A DNA stretch of 64,000 nucleotides from the NCBI RefSeq assembly GCF_001194135.2, contig NC_068983.1, positions 80,538,849-80,602,848 of the forward strand, given 5' to 3'. Each line of letters begins with the position of its first letter. Within the stretch, counting starts at the first letter, position 1. The DNA comes from Octopus bimaculoides (lineage: Eukaryota). The position numbers and the translations under genes are program-made. The notes beneath the pieces were generated by a model. That model was not told the DNA's origin, did not search any database, and was given only the letters and a program-made list of their open reading frames with translations. Positions 51,175-64,000 of this stretch are shown here, one piece after another.

Positions 51175-51484
51175 CAGGGGTTGGCGAATCGGGGTAAATT
51201 ATCCCAAGTGGGGTAAAAATGAAATTCTTGTGGGTAATGCAGACTCATTAGACATAAGTAAGATTACAGAAAAAGTGTGTTCCTTGTTATGACAGAAATT
51301 TTTCTTCTGGCAACACCGCATCTGTCCAATGTAATGGAATGTAAATAAATTCATATAAATTGATTAAATAAACCTTTTGAATTAAAAAAGCCCTATGATT
51401 TTCTTCCTTTCAAATCAAAGGGGTAATGTCGGCCTAAATAAATATATTTTGGGCTAATTGGTTAAAAAGGTTCCCTGACCCCTG
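51175..51484. mobile_element. hAT (Charlie-like) MITE, copy 2
   Basis: TIR CAGGGGTTGGCGAA / TTCCCTGACCCCTG; decayed 8-bp TSD aactagag/aactacaa. Confidence 0.8.
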
Positions 51485-52722
51485 AACTACAAGCTAAAGT
51501 AGAAAACATCTAAGGTACTGTGCAGTAGAATTAAAACTCTCATGTCCACATGTTTTTTTTTGGGGGGGGGGCAACCTTTTTAACCACACAACCATATTCA
51601 TGTCTGTTATACAGCTAAAATATACTTAACAGTTGTTATATACAACAATAAATACTTCTTCAATGGGTTTATGCTCTCAAGTTTATCTAATCAACCCTAG
51701 TAGATTGCTGAACTTGAGGAATAAAATATTGATTTCTAACCTAGGTACAAAGCCATATATTTCTAGGAGAGCATTATAGTTGATTAAATCAACCACTGTG
51801 TGTTACTGGTTTTATCATAAGGTCAAAAGAGAACCTCTGATAATTTCCTACCATCTTAAATAAGGAAAGACATAATAAATAATGTAGTCTTACATACTCC
51901 TAAATATTGTTTGTGAGGGTCAAAACTGGGATGTTTTTTGTTATATAAGGGTTGACTGTGGCCAGACAATGACGAGGACCACAACAACTGATATTATCAT
52001 CTCTAAATGAATTAAATACAAAGGCAACCCCGTTATTTGAACTCAGAATTTAAAAGTATGTAACCATATGCATGGACATACCTGTATGGTTAAGTTTTCA
52101 TTGCAATATGATGTCAGTTTGATTCCACTTTGAGCAAGTGTCTTCTTTAATAGCCTTGGACCAACCAAACCCTTGTCATAAAATTTGGAAGCTAGTCAGA
52201 AAGACTATTCCTGCTCTTGAATGATAGATGTAGTCCATGCTGGTTTAATGTCACCACTATTTTTTACATGTCTATATAATTCCACTTCTTTGCAATTCAT
52301 ATCTCATCTATTTGGTTGTTTGATTTGCTTGAAATAACAGCCAAACTTTTCTCAAATCACACCCAACTTCCTACTACATTAAAAAGAGAAAAAAAACCAT
52401 TTGATAATATAGTCAAAGATACACTGCACTTGATAAAGAAATGAGAAGAGTAGATGGTCGGGCTGGAAAGCATTTGATCATGGGTCTCCTCAGTCCAGAT
52501 TGACCTGGGGCTAAACGACAACAATAAGCATTCAAATGAATTTTCTTGTTGTTTTAGTTATCACATCTTTCAGTATCTTTCATCCTTATTCTAGTAACTA
52601 TATTTTCCCTCTGTAACTGTATATATTTATGAAACTCACATTTCCATTTTTATTGCTTACCAATCAATAACTATAAAGTATATTTTACTTTCTTTTTCAT
52701 ATTTTATTTCATATTTCTATAG

Positions 52723-52754
52723 GTTATGAGTGTAATCATCTGCCATCAGCATAA
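52723..52754 (+). CDS. Candidate terminal coding exon (G)YECNHLPSA*
   Basis: Very long pyrimidine tract ending tttctatag|G; AT-rich UTR-like sequence with AATAAA at about 52834 follows. No homology evidence. Confidence 0.22.
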
Positions 52755-53057
52755 CTAATCAAATGTTAGACTTTATATAATTTAATCAATCTTTTGTTGA
52801 TTATATAATTGCAATTATGTAGAAATACTTTAAAATAAACATGAGTATGCTAGAAAATAATTATCTGATATCTGGCATGAAGGAAAAAGCTGTTTGGCAA
52901 AAATAAACATTTTTCTTTCTATAATGATACATTCTTTAGCTATCTTTAAATACATTTTTAATTAAAAGAAAAAATTACGTTACAAAATTTCAGACAAAGA
53001 ATTTTGATTGTCATATGCAATTAATTGACTAAATATATAAAAATTCAGTATATTTGT

Positions 53058-53547
53058 ATAGATCCCAACCTTTTTATTCTTGTGGAACCCTTGAAATGCA
53101 TTCCATGTTTCATGAAACCTCTACATAAAAATTATTATATATCTTTATTAATTGCTTTTTTTCTTTCATGCTGCTAAATTGCATGAGATTAAAACAAATC
53201 ATAAAACTGCTTTTGAAAGTTTGCTAGTGCTAAATCCATCAGATATCATAATGAATATTTAAGAAACTTCTTTATTAAAACCTTGCTTAGAATAAATTCT
53301 CTGATATTTCCCTATTAGGAAGTCATATTTTTTGTGGAGTATCCTAACTAACTAGAGATTCTAGGATTTCACTAACTTTGGGAATATGCCATGTACACAT
53401 AATAAAAGTAAAAATGTAGACTTAAACCAAAAACATTTTGAAAATACGTTTGAATATAATTAGCCTATTTATTTCCCTCTCTTATGGAACACTACTGACC
53501 TCTTGTGGAACAGTAAGGTGTTGGGGAACCCAAGTTGAGAAACATTG
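53058..53547. mobile_element. Degenerate hAT-Charlie non-autonomous element
   Basis: 5' gatcccaaccttttt..gtggaaccc and 3' gtggaac...ggaacccaagttgagaaacattg, typical of Charlie-type ends. Confidence 0.55.
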
Positions 53548-55564
53548 AAACACTTATAATCTATATTATGAACAGATATTTCATATTTCCATAAATCTTT
53601 CACTTTATTGTAAATTAGAGCAAGCATCTAGCTCAACTATATACATTTACTAATACAGGCTCTTATATTAACCTTACAATTGTTTATATCTTCATATCAA
53701 TAATTAATGTAATTCATTCTAAAATGAATAATAAACATTTGACTTTGTAGTGTAGAACAGAAATTAATTTCATAGATTTTGTTGTTTTATACAGAACAAT
53801 TTATTATAGTTGATTTAGAAATGTATATTATTTACTAGAAAACTAGATTTATTTCTTGCTACCACTTCAATTTTATTTTCAACCCTCCTGTACCAAGCGT
53901 TCTTTGAGAGGTACATGCTGAACATTTCATATACTTTAATCATTTCTTCATTTAATAACTGTCTTTCTAACTAATGGCAATAGGCCTATTGCAGAGGAAA
54001 ATGTAATATATATTGAGAATGGATGAAATGAAATTTAATCTAAAAGTTGTAGAACTAAAATTGTTATATCTTCCAATGAAAATTTAATATTAGACAACAA
54101 TTTATAAAATGCAATGAAAAGAAAAGAATATATTCTAAGTTTTTGTTGTTTATTAGAGAAAAGGAATATATAAAAGACATGAAGAGAATGAAAAGAAAAG
54201 GGGAGGTGTTGGTGAACATAGAGAAAGCAGTGAGAAATGATAGAAAACAATATTGAATTGTGAAAATGTGAAGGATGTTCAAATGAAATTTTATATGGGT
54301 TGATAAAATAATAATTCAGAGCCAAAAAATCAATTGCATACATTGAGGAGGTTGGAATGAAGGAATAAACAATATGTTGTACACTTAGAATATCAAAGTA
54401 TTTTTAACAATGCAGCGGGGTTTTTTTTTTTTTTTTGCAGTTTTGTATAGCCGCTTAGTATTAGCTTTTTTTTTTATATTTTGTAGTTAATTATTACTTT
54501 CAGTCCTGAAAAAATGTTTAGTATAATTTCTCGTTTGATGCTTAATTAATTTTGTAGCTAGCTTGCTTTTTAGCATTTCTCTTATATTTTAGTTACGTAG
54601 AATTATTTCTAACTAGATACTAACTGTTATCATCGAAAAAGTTAATATAATTTATAAAAAAACTGGTATTTATTTAATAGCATATAGCTGAAATTTGATC
54701 AGTTTCTGACAGGTAGTTAGAAAATATTTGTGCTATAATAATAATTAAAATATAAAAAAGATACTTCCATAGTGACTAATTAGAATTTTATTTTCAACTG
54801 ATAGTTTTATATTATTATAGAAGAGAATAATGTTAAATAGCCTCTTTCTGTTTTAAGTTCTGTAGATAGCACTAATAAACATTCATTATGTTATAAGTAA
54901 TTAATGTGATTTGAATTATCACTTTAGTGATAGTTCATTACTTGGTGATTCTGTAAATGTGTTGCTAATTAATATTTTTTCCAGCATGAAAGATTAATTA
55001 CTTGTGTTGTGTATTTATTACTAATTAGTAGATCTTTGATGATAAATATCCAATTTATCCATTTTAAAAATTTACATAATTAAGCATTTCTTACATCTTC
55101 ACAACTAAAAACGTTTATAATGTGAAGGTTAATCAATTTACCAATTAATAAGGTTTCTACATTGGATTACTATGTAAGCAGTAAGCAATACTGTTATCCT
55201 TGGTTGCAAACTAAAATATATATTCATTTCTTGTAAACAATGTACATTTTACTCCTGTGCTTTGACAACAGATATTGTAAGTCATAATGCTACTAGCTTT
55301 TGAATTATATGAAGTCTATATGATGTAAATGTACATAAGTGTATGCATATATGATGTGTGTGTGTGTGCGCATGCATACGTGCACTCATGTGTGTATGAA
55401 TATATGCACATCTGTATATCTATCTATCTATCTATCTATCTATCTAGTTATCTATCTATCTATCGATCTATCTATCTATCTATCTATCTATACACACACA
55501 TGTACACATACATATTTACATATATAATCATCAACATTGTCATCATCATCACAATCATCATTTT

Positions 55565-55790
55565 ATTGCTGAGTTTTACATGCTTGCAGATGGAGTTTAT
55601 TGAGGATTATTTTCTAAGGCTGGAGGCTCTTCCTGTTGCCAACTCTCACCAGTTTCTAAGGAAGTTAATATTTCACTATGGCCAGAAATGTAATTTTACT
55701 GAATATTGAAAATGAATGACACTGCTTGTATGACAGTAACATTCATTTACAGATATCACACAATGTCAAGTAAAGGAGATACAAACATAC
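55565..55790. repeat. Dispersed repeat family D
   Basis: Homology to 1-230. Confidence 0.6.
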
Positions 55791-55839
55791 ACATATTCCC
55801 ACACACATACACATGCATACATATTTATGTATATGTATA

Positions 55840-55998
55840 TACGATGGGCTTCTTTCAGTTTCCATCCACCAAATCCACTCACAAGGCTTTGGTTGGCTTG
55901 AAGTCACAATAGAAGATGTCTGTACAAGATTCCATGCAGTGGGACTGAACTTGAAACCATGTAGTTGGAAAGCAATCTTCTCATTCATACAGTCATGC
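55840..55998 (-). mobile_element. SINE family A head
   Basis: gggcttctttcagtttcc.tc.accaaatccactcacaaggctttgg...gcagtgggactgaac. Confidence 0.82.
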
Positions 55999-56020
55999 CT
56001 CTGTGTGTATGTGTGAGTGC

Positions 56021-56067
<47 letters not shown>

Positions 56068-56074
56068 TGTAAAA

Positions 56075-56300
56075 GTGAGCCATTTTAACGATGCGTCCTG
56101 CCCTAACTCTTCGAAATGCCAGTGATAGAATGGTGGCAGCTGATGAAGGAAATGTTCTCTATGTGGCTTGTGTGTTTTCTGTACTCTGTTTATCATTTTG
56201 TCCACGTTTTTTTGCAACGTCCTGTACCCAGATATGCATCTATATATACAGGTAGATGTAGGTATGTACATACATGCACGTATATATGCATATACTCATT
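56075..56300 (+). repeat. Dispersed repeat family E
   Basis: See 41003-41200 and 27035-27480. Confidence 0.8.
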
Positions 56301-56509
56301 TATATATATATATNNNNNNNNNNNNNNNNNNNNNNNNNNNNNNNNNNNNNNNNNNNNNNNNNNNNNNNNNNNNNNNNNNNNNNNNNNNNNNNNNNNNNNN
56401 NNNNNNNNNNNNNNNNNNNNNNNNNNNNNNNNNNNNNNNNNNNNNNNNNNNNNNNNNNNNNNNNNNNNNNNNNNNNNNNNNNNNNNNNNNNNNNNNNNNN
56501 NNNNNNNAT

Positions 56510-56678
56510 ATCACTCCCTGAGTGGTTGGCGTTAGGAAGGGCATCCAGCTGTAGAAACTCTGCCAAATTAGATTGGAGCCTGGTGTAGCCATCCGGTTGC
56601 ACCAGTCCTCAGTCAAATCGTCCAACCCATGCTAGCATGGAAAGCGGACGTTAAACGATGATGATGATGATGATGATA
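56510..56678 (+). mobile_element. RTE LINE/SINE 3' end with (GAT)n tail
   Basis: Reverse complement of 49145-49300 (gcatggaaagcggacgttaaacgatgatgat). Confidence 0.85.
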
Positions 56679-56679
56679 T

Positions 56680-57300
56680 CAATAAATAGAAGTAAGAGGG
56701 TAAAAGAGAGAAAAAAAGAGAAAGAGAATAGCCTTTCTCCTTTCCCCTTTCATCCCTTCCCTTGTTTTCTCTCTGTCACACTTTGTCTCTCCCTTTCTCT
56801 TTTCCTCTTTTTCCTCTGCCTGCTGCTGACACATGACCAGTGGCCAGACCTCTTTCTTTCTCTCTCTTTTTAACAGTGGTTGTATAGCTGACAGGTTATG
56901 AATTTTGTGTCCCACTGACTTGCTAGTTGTTGTTTTCTAATCCTTCAGGATGCCTTCTAAGTGTTACTCACCATTCTTGTCTTTTTGGCTCTAAGACTAT
57001 ATTTTACTTGTTTCTTGTTTGTTTCATCTTTGTCCATCATCTTAGATTACATTTATTCACTTTTGTATGTCCACTCTATATTGTTTTAATTAATTGCTCT
57101 TGGTCCTAAATTCTCCTCAACTTTTGTAGGCACTGCCAGCATGGGAAGTTCTGTCTTATAATTGAGTAGTACCATTTGGTTGATAACTGATGAAGAATTA
57201 GGGACCTTCTGTGTCTGTCTCCTGTCCGATTGTTCACTCAGTATATGTTGTACGTTTTTACCCTGTCATTCATTATAATACATTTTTCCATTTTTTCATT
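56680..57300 (+). repeat. Degenerate family E-related repeat
   Basis: CT-rich tract, cacatgacc..ctctttctttc and ctgatgaag at 57187, in the same order as the 27035-27480 copy. Confidence 0.45.
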
Positions 57301-57494
57301 TATTAAGTAACAGAACGCAATGCACCCTNNNNNNNNNNNNNNNNNNNNNNNNNNNNNNNNNNNNNNNNNNNNNNNNNNNNNNNNNNNNNNNNNNNNNNNN
57401 NNNNNNNNNNNNNNNNNNNNNNNNNNNNNNNNNNNNNNNNNNNNNNNNNNNNNNNNNNNNNNNNNNNNNNNNNNNNNNNNNNNNNNNNNNNNNN

Positions 57495-57588
<94 letters not shown>

Positions 57589-58689
57589 ACTCTCCTTACA
57601 GCTCTCATTCATGGTGATCACTTCTCCTTTTTCCTGCCTCTAACTTTAAACCCTCTTTTACTTTTTTGTCAATTCCACCTACTGATCTAACTTATACTGA
57701 ATTTTGTTGTCATTTCTATATTGCTATCACAACTATAATTATAAAGAAATGAAAGAAATATTGTTCTTGTACATAACAAGGAGAACAGATCAAAGTACTT
57801 TTGCATTTCCCTTCTTTATAACCTGTGATTTTTCTTATAAATTTTAAAAATTTATGTCTCTCTTTATATTGATATTTCTTTGAAATGTTTTATAAGTTAT
57901 TTCATTAATTTTAAATTTACTTTTTATATTTTCCTATTTTTATAAGATTTGATATTTCTTTAAAATTTAGAAAAAAACTACATTGTAGTCCTATATACAC
58001 AAAAGATCAGACACACATGCATGCATACATATTCATGCACACACATGCATACACACACAATGTATATATATTGCATATTGCATAAAATAGAAGGAAACTA
58101 CTCAGAAGATGCTATTTCTCCCCCTCTTTTTTTAATGATCCATGTATTAAAATATGTAAACACCAACTTAGCTGTTTTCATGTACATGACATTTTTTAAT
58201 TATTTCAAAGCTGTAAGGCAATTACTTACTATGTATCTGCTTGGCCCTTTTTCCTTTCAATTTTGAGTTATCCAGTTTAAAACCTTAAGATTAACATAGT
58301 TAATGAGATTGGAAAATTTTCTCAAAATTTATAATAGTTGATAAAATAGGATAAAAAGCATATTTCAAGAATTTAGAAATTATTGATTTCAACTCCTAAA
58401 AATATTATGTGTATAGCTACACATATGCATTGTGTACATACATGCATGTATGCATACACGCCTAATACATACATGCATAATACATATCTACAAACATACA
58501 TACATACATACATACATACATACTTATTTAATCAATGTAAGTATCCATGTAAAGCTGGTAAGTCATGACAGACTGATAAAGGTATGTAATAACCCTTATG
58601 TAAAATAAATAAAAGATTAACAAAAAAGAAACTAAAAAGAAGAGAATGAAAGAGGAAGATATGCAGATAAAGAGCAGTTAAATGCTTGT

Positions 58690-59260
58690 GTTAAACTCTT
58701 CATAGCCTCTGGGTATTATACTGTCTTATTTATAGTTGGTGAAAATAAATTGCACCTCCAACCTTGGTAGCCATTTTAAGACTAGTCTATAAATGCCATT
58801 TTCTCTCTCAGACTGGTAGTTTTAGCACTGGAACAATAATCTTTAAGGTTTTCATGCCCTTTTCATGATAAAATATAATTCAATGGAATATAGCCCATTT
58901 CAACAAAGTCTTTGTTAACCTTGCTGAATATTTGATACTTTTCATACATTGATAGTTTTTCTTGAGATAATGGAAGATTAAATTCTGATAGTTTATTTCT
59001 TGATTGATTCTTCCAAAATATGTTTTCCCCCCTTGACTAATTATGTTTTTGTTGAGATTTGACTTGTCAAAAATGTGGAATTTAGTCTATATCAATTATT
59101 TCTTTTTATACTCCTTCTTTTGCTAGTTCATCTGCTTTCCTGTCTGCTATAATATCTGTATGATAGGTTTCCAAATCCTTGTTACTTGCTCATGCAGTTT
59201 CTGTTAAATAATTAATTTTACAATCCTCTCAATATTTTCAAGCTGACCTCTTTTCCTTTA
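58690..59260 (-). mobile_element. Degenerate RNase H-containing (I-group) LINE 3' fragment
   Basis: Minus strand VTRIWKP/HTDIIADRKADELAKEG (RNase H C-terminal motif W.P.H..I.GNE.AD.LAK.G); downstream LFQC*NYQSERE resembles the terminal CCHC region. Confidence 0.6.
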
Positions 59261-60228
59261 CATACAAGCATACATACATACATACATACATACATACATT
59301 TTCACATAGTAATTGTAATACTATATTTTGTATTTATATTTTTTAAACAATTTCTTTCCAAAAAAAAAAAAAAAATGTGAAATCCTAGCAGTAATTATTA
59401 ACAATAATTTGTTAAAATGTTTGGCATTGTTTGCTGACAAACATGAGAAAGTCTTGAATGTAACATTTACAATTTATTGTTAGGTGGTCTCTATGATGAC
59501 TTAGGTTGAAGAGGAATAAATACTGGACATTGAATTGACTAAATAATGATACTTTTCTGTTGAGATATTTTAGACAAAATGAAAACATCCAAACATAGTT
59601 AATAAAGCTGATATAATTCTTACTGCAAGGAATAAATCTGAATGGAAATTACAGTTAGGGAAGTTTAAAAGAAAATGCTTTTAATGTTATAAGAATCCTT
59701 CCGAAGAAGAGATTAAATGGGATAATTAATACAGCATAGATATATACAAATGTTAAATTTCTACATATCCTTTTAATGCATTTATGTTGCTCACAACATT
59801 GGATGGAGAAAGTAAATTTCTGATGTTGAATATGATATTGATTGCAACATTATTCCACAAAATATCTCCCATTATGTTTTGTATTTCAAAAAGTTCAAAC
59901 ACATCTTGCATATTAAATAACATAACTGGGATTTAAGTTTTGCTTATCAGTTCTGAATCATTTTGAATTAAATCAATTTTCTATTATATTTATAAGCATG
60001 CTTATTGTAAGCACTTACACATAGATACAGAGACACAAATACACATTTGTGCAAATATATACATACACATATATGTGTGTATAATATGTACACACACTTA
60101 CACACACACATACATAATTTTTTTAATCAAATACGTCTGAAAGAAAAGCCAATCCCCATTTATATATAAACTTTTATACATTTGTACATGCACATGCAAA
60201 TATGTATGTGTGTGTATATATGTGTGTA

Positions 60229-60268
<40 letters not shown>

Positions 60269-60272
60269 TGTT

Positions 60273-60318
<46 letters not shown>

Positions 60319-60678
60319 CATATGTGTATTTCACTTTATTCAGACTTGAAGACTGTTTGCAACACACATAAATTTGCAAGAAATTTCCTACCCTTTCCCC
60401 AGAAATAGGTTAGAAATTTCATGTAATATTTTTACATAATTTTGGATTATGGCTTTAAAATACAACATAGACATTTTGTTGTGTTCTTGTAACAGATGCC
60501 TTATTCCACATACTCCAATCTACCTGAGTGATGTATTAATAGCAGTTTCATCTTATACTAAGTTGATGTGTGAGGAAGTGCGTGCATGTAAAACATTTTC
60601 TCAGAGAATTGTCTAGATTTTATAATGCAAATATATATACATGTGTGTGTATAATATACACATATATGTAGTATATAT

Positions 60679-60717
<39 letters not shown>

Positions 60718-61164
60718 CACATGCATGCATTTATTTATGCATCTGTGTGTGTGTGTGTGTTATAAATGTATACATATATGTAGTATACACACACAGACAC
60801 ACATATATAAAATAGAAAATATGCTGAAAGTTAAAAACAAAAAACAACCACAAAAACAAATATATTAATTCAAATACTCATTAATTGAGGAGTAAAGGGA
60901 AATGTGGAAATAACAGAAAACTTATCAGTTTAAGAACATCTAAAGTATTCTGAAGCTGTTATTTGGTTTTTTAAAACATTTCACAACTGCTATCTTTTAG
61001 ATATTTCATGGTGATTCTTTGTTTAATGGCTTAAAACAAAATCTCAGTGAGCAGAAATACTTTCATGGTATGCTTGTTTCATCCCACTGTCTATCCATTG
61101 ATAGACTTGCACATCTAAACCAAAACACTGGTTAATTTATTATGTAAGTTATTATAATAAATAA

Positions 61165-61330
61165 AGCAACATGGTCAAGTAGTTAGGATGTTGAGTCCAT
61201 GATTGTAAGGTCTCTCGAGAGTTTAATTCCTAGGCTGAGCATTGTATTGTGTCCTTGAGTGAGGCACTTCATTTCACATTGCTCTGGTTTACTCAGTAGA
61301 AAATGAGTACCAACTGAATACTACTGTTGT
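61165..61330 (+). mobile_element. Degenerate SINE family C head
   Basis: atggtcaagtagttaggatgttg..gagtttaattcc..gtgtccttgagtgaggcacttcatttcacattgctc. Confidence 0.65.
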
Positions 61331-61639
61331 TCTTTCTCTCTCCAGTTGTAACATCCTTGGTGTTCTACTGAGTTAAGAGTGGAATGACTGAGAGCAGATG
61401 TTGTTGTCTGCTCATGACTACACAGGTATCTACAACATCTAGTGAAAGTACAATACAAGCTACCACTGGTGACTTACTCTTCTCTATTATTCATCACAGA
61501 ACTCCTGCCTTAAAGAAATTTGGTGAAAATAATGACCATGTTTTGTATGCATATTTCTTCTTAAAACTAATCAATTATGTGACCCTTCCATCTCTCATCC
61601 TTTATTTTGGTAGCTTCCTATCAGTTCAAATTATCATTA

Positions 61640-62575
61640 AATGTGCTGTCTGAAGTGCCTATGTCAGTCATTCTGTCAACTTCACTATGCCCCAGGGTTC
61701 AGTTTTGTCACCTACTCTCAACTTTATATAAATGACTTACTTGTTGCCCCAACCAGCAGATGTAGATGGCCCTATCTTCGATACCTTGCTAACATTCTCC
61801 AACCATGCATCATCCACATGCAGTCTAGACACTGCATGTCAAATCTGCATTGACTACATTGACTACAAGATCTTCCATTGAGGATGTACTGATCTTGTCT
61901 CTTTCAGTAACAAGAAAACACAAACACATATCAAGAAAACATCATTGCACTGCACACCCCTTAATCAGGAGTGATACTTAATCAGAAGCTTCACAATCAC
62001 TCCAATGATTGGGTCTCACTGTCACTGAATATCTCTTCTGGCAAAATCATATCTTTAATATAGCTAGCACCACATCCCAACAACTGACTTTTCTCTTCTT
62101 GTCCTGAGGATACTTCAGTGCCCAATGATAATTCAAACTCTATGAAATTCTGGTGTGATCCACAATCAATACTGCTTTTACACTTGAAATATTGTCATTA
62201 CTGATGCATACATAAATATCCTAGACTGCATCCAGAAAAGACCACCTGATTGATTAGTATGAAGTTAGTCACATACATGCTCCAAGCTTTGGTCTCAGGT
62301 ATGTTGCTGTGTCTCTCTGCTTGTTCTACCATTACCATAATAGTGCTGGCTAAACTCAGACCACTCCAGCACTCCTATCTTACTTGTCTTTCCTCCTCTC
62401 ATCACTCTTGTGTCCAATCCCCAAAGCCAAAATGTGAACCATTATTCCCAATCCTTTCTTTCAAGAATGTCATCCCTCTGTAATTCCATATTAGCTCTGT
62501 CATTCCTGCAGATGTCAACTTACAACGGTTCATGAGGAGCATTAACGACATCAATCTCACTAATCTAGGACAACC
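61640..62575 (+). mobile_element. Degenerate CR1/Jockey-group LINE 3' fragment
   Basis: Frameshifted PQGSVLSPTL..INDL, GLTVTE.LFWQNHIFNIA, NILDCIQKR, LFYHYH, MSSL. Confidence 0.75.
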
Positions 62576-64000
62576 TGTCAATGCCATGAACATTGTCTCT
62601 TCCTTCAAATCCAGCAAGTAAATAAGAAAATTCCAAGAAACTGAATAACAAGCTAATAAACAAGATATTATTCCATCAAAATGATGTCCCTACCAATGAA
62701 AACTTTTGTTGTATAATTGCACAAAGCCATAAATTTCTACATTTTGGGGTAAAGGTGAATAAATTGATCTTAGTATACTATTGCACTTAAAAATGAAAGA
62801 GAAAGCAAAATCTAGTGCGATTTGAACTGAGAGAATTCACGCAAGAAATTAAATACCCAGGATCTGTTTTGTCAGGCATTCTACCTTTACCGACATGCCC
62901 ACTTCTAAATTATTAAGTACATCACAACGATATAATCAATATTACTTTCTTCATTTTTAAAGTATGTAAAATTATGTTCAGGTGTTATGAAGAAGATAAT
63001 ACATATGCACAACATGGAAACTCAATTCAGATAAAAGTATATTTATTATGATTAAGAAAAATTGAAATGTTTTACATGAACAAATATTGAATTATATTCA
63101 GAATTATCGAATTATATATGTAAAACTAAGCAGTAAACATTTTTTGCTTTCATTTTTAATTATTTTCTAATAATGAATTCAAATTATTTCTAAGTATTCT
63201 GATTTCTATTAATGATAGCTCTGAATTGTGTGTGATCTTAATGGTGTAGAATCTTATAATAAACAAAGCTTGGGCATATTAGTTTGTTGTGAGAAGGAAC
63301 TAAAGTTTAAGCATGTATCACAAAATAATCTGTGAGACATTTATAGAGAAGATTTACTGTAAAACTAAGTTGCTTTGTTAAAAAATAAATTTTTATTGTA
63401 ATATTTTTAATCATAAACTTTCTAAATCAACAACTGTCTTGACCTTAATTGAAACTATGAAAATAATTGTTTGTTTTATTGTTGGACTTGACAGATGTTT
63501 AACAAAATTATGAAAAGTTTATCTCATATACTGTACAACATGACTGAATGTAAACATATATGTCTGCATTTATAATGATCTAAAATAATATTTATATTAA
63601 GGTATAATTCTAGTATGTAACACAGAAACTAATTCACCCTTTAGATTAAGTAGCAAGAGAAGATATTAAAAAAAAAAAAAAACATTATCGAAAGTAAAAT
63701 TACTTGTAGAAATCTGTTTATAAATTCATAGAAATTTGACTACATAGTTACTGATCTATGTAATTATCTTCCAACCTATCTATCTTACATTCATCCTTCA
63801 TTTTCAAAAGATGACCAAAACTCCACCTCATACACCACAACAATGGAGAATGCAGCTGTGCAGGCAACTGAAGATTAATTATTTCTTCCACCTGTACTAC
63901 ACATTCTGTGTAATGGAACTTACAAAAATGGTGGTATTTCACTGTTATAGATGTAAATGATGCTTTAATTCCTACAATCAAGGGTCTCTTGTCTGTTAAT

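Overview
AT-rich, microsatellite-rich animal genomic scaffold with 10 N-gaps (about 3.7 kb in total). The repeat families resemble those I recall from octopus/coleoid cephalopod genomes; this is an inference from repeat content, not a database result. There is no intact protein-coding gene, rRNA, bona fide tRNA or CRISPR array. The window is a dense collection of decayed mobile elements. Non-LTR retrotransposons include a CR1/Jockey-type LINE with a CCCH zinc-finger ORF1, further CR1/L2-type and RTE fragments, an R4/Dong-type restriction-like-endonuclease element, an RNase-H-bearing I-type LINE and Penelope-like pieces. DNA elements include an internally deleted mariner, hAT MITEs and a Helentron-type non-autonomous element. 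There are also more than 20 tRNA-derived SINE copies from three families. Scattered small exon candidates suggest the region may be intronic to an unidentified gene, but this is weak. The most interesting signals are structural. A 179-bp foldback (40157-40335) encloses a degenerate type III hammerhead-like junction. A dispersed repeat carries both hammerhead core halves in permuted order. There is also a 228-bp foldback, an about 1.2-kb palindromic satellite and head-to-head SINE pairs (candidate dsRNA/ADAR substrates), plus a possible chain of phase-2 micro-exons giving a TPR-like peptide. Coordinates of degenerate repeats are approximate (plus or minus tens of bp).
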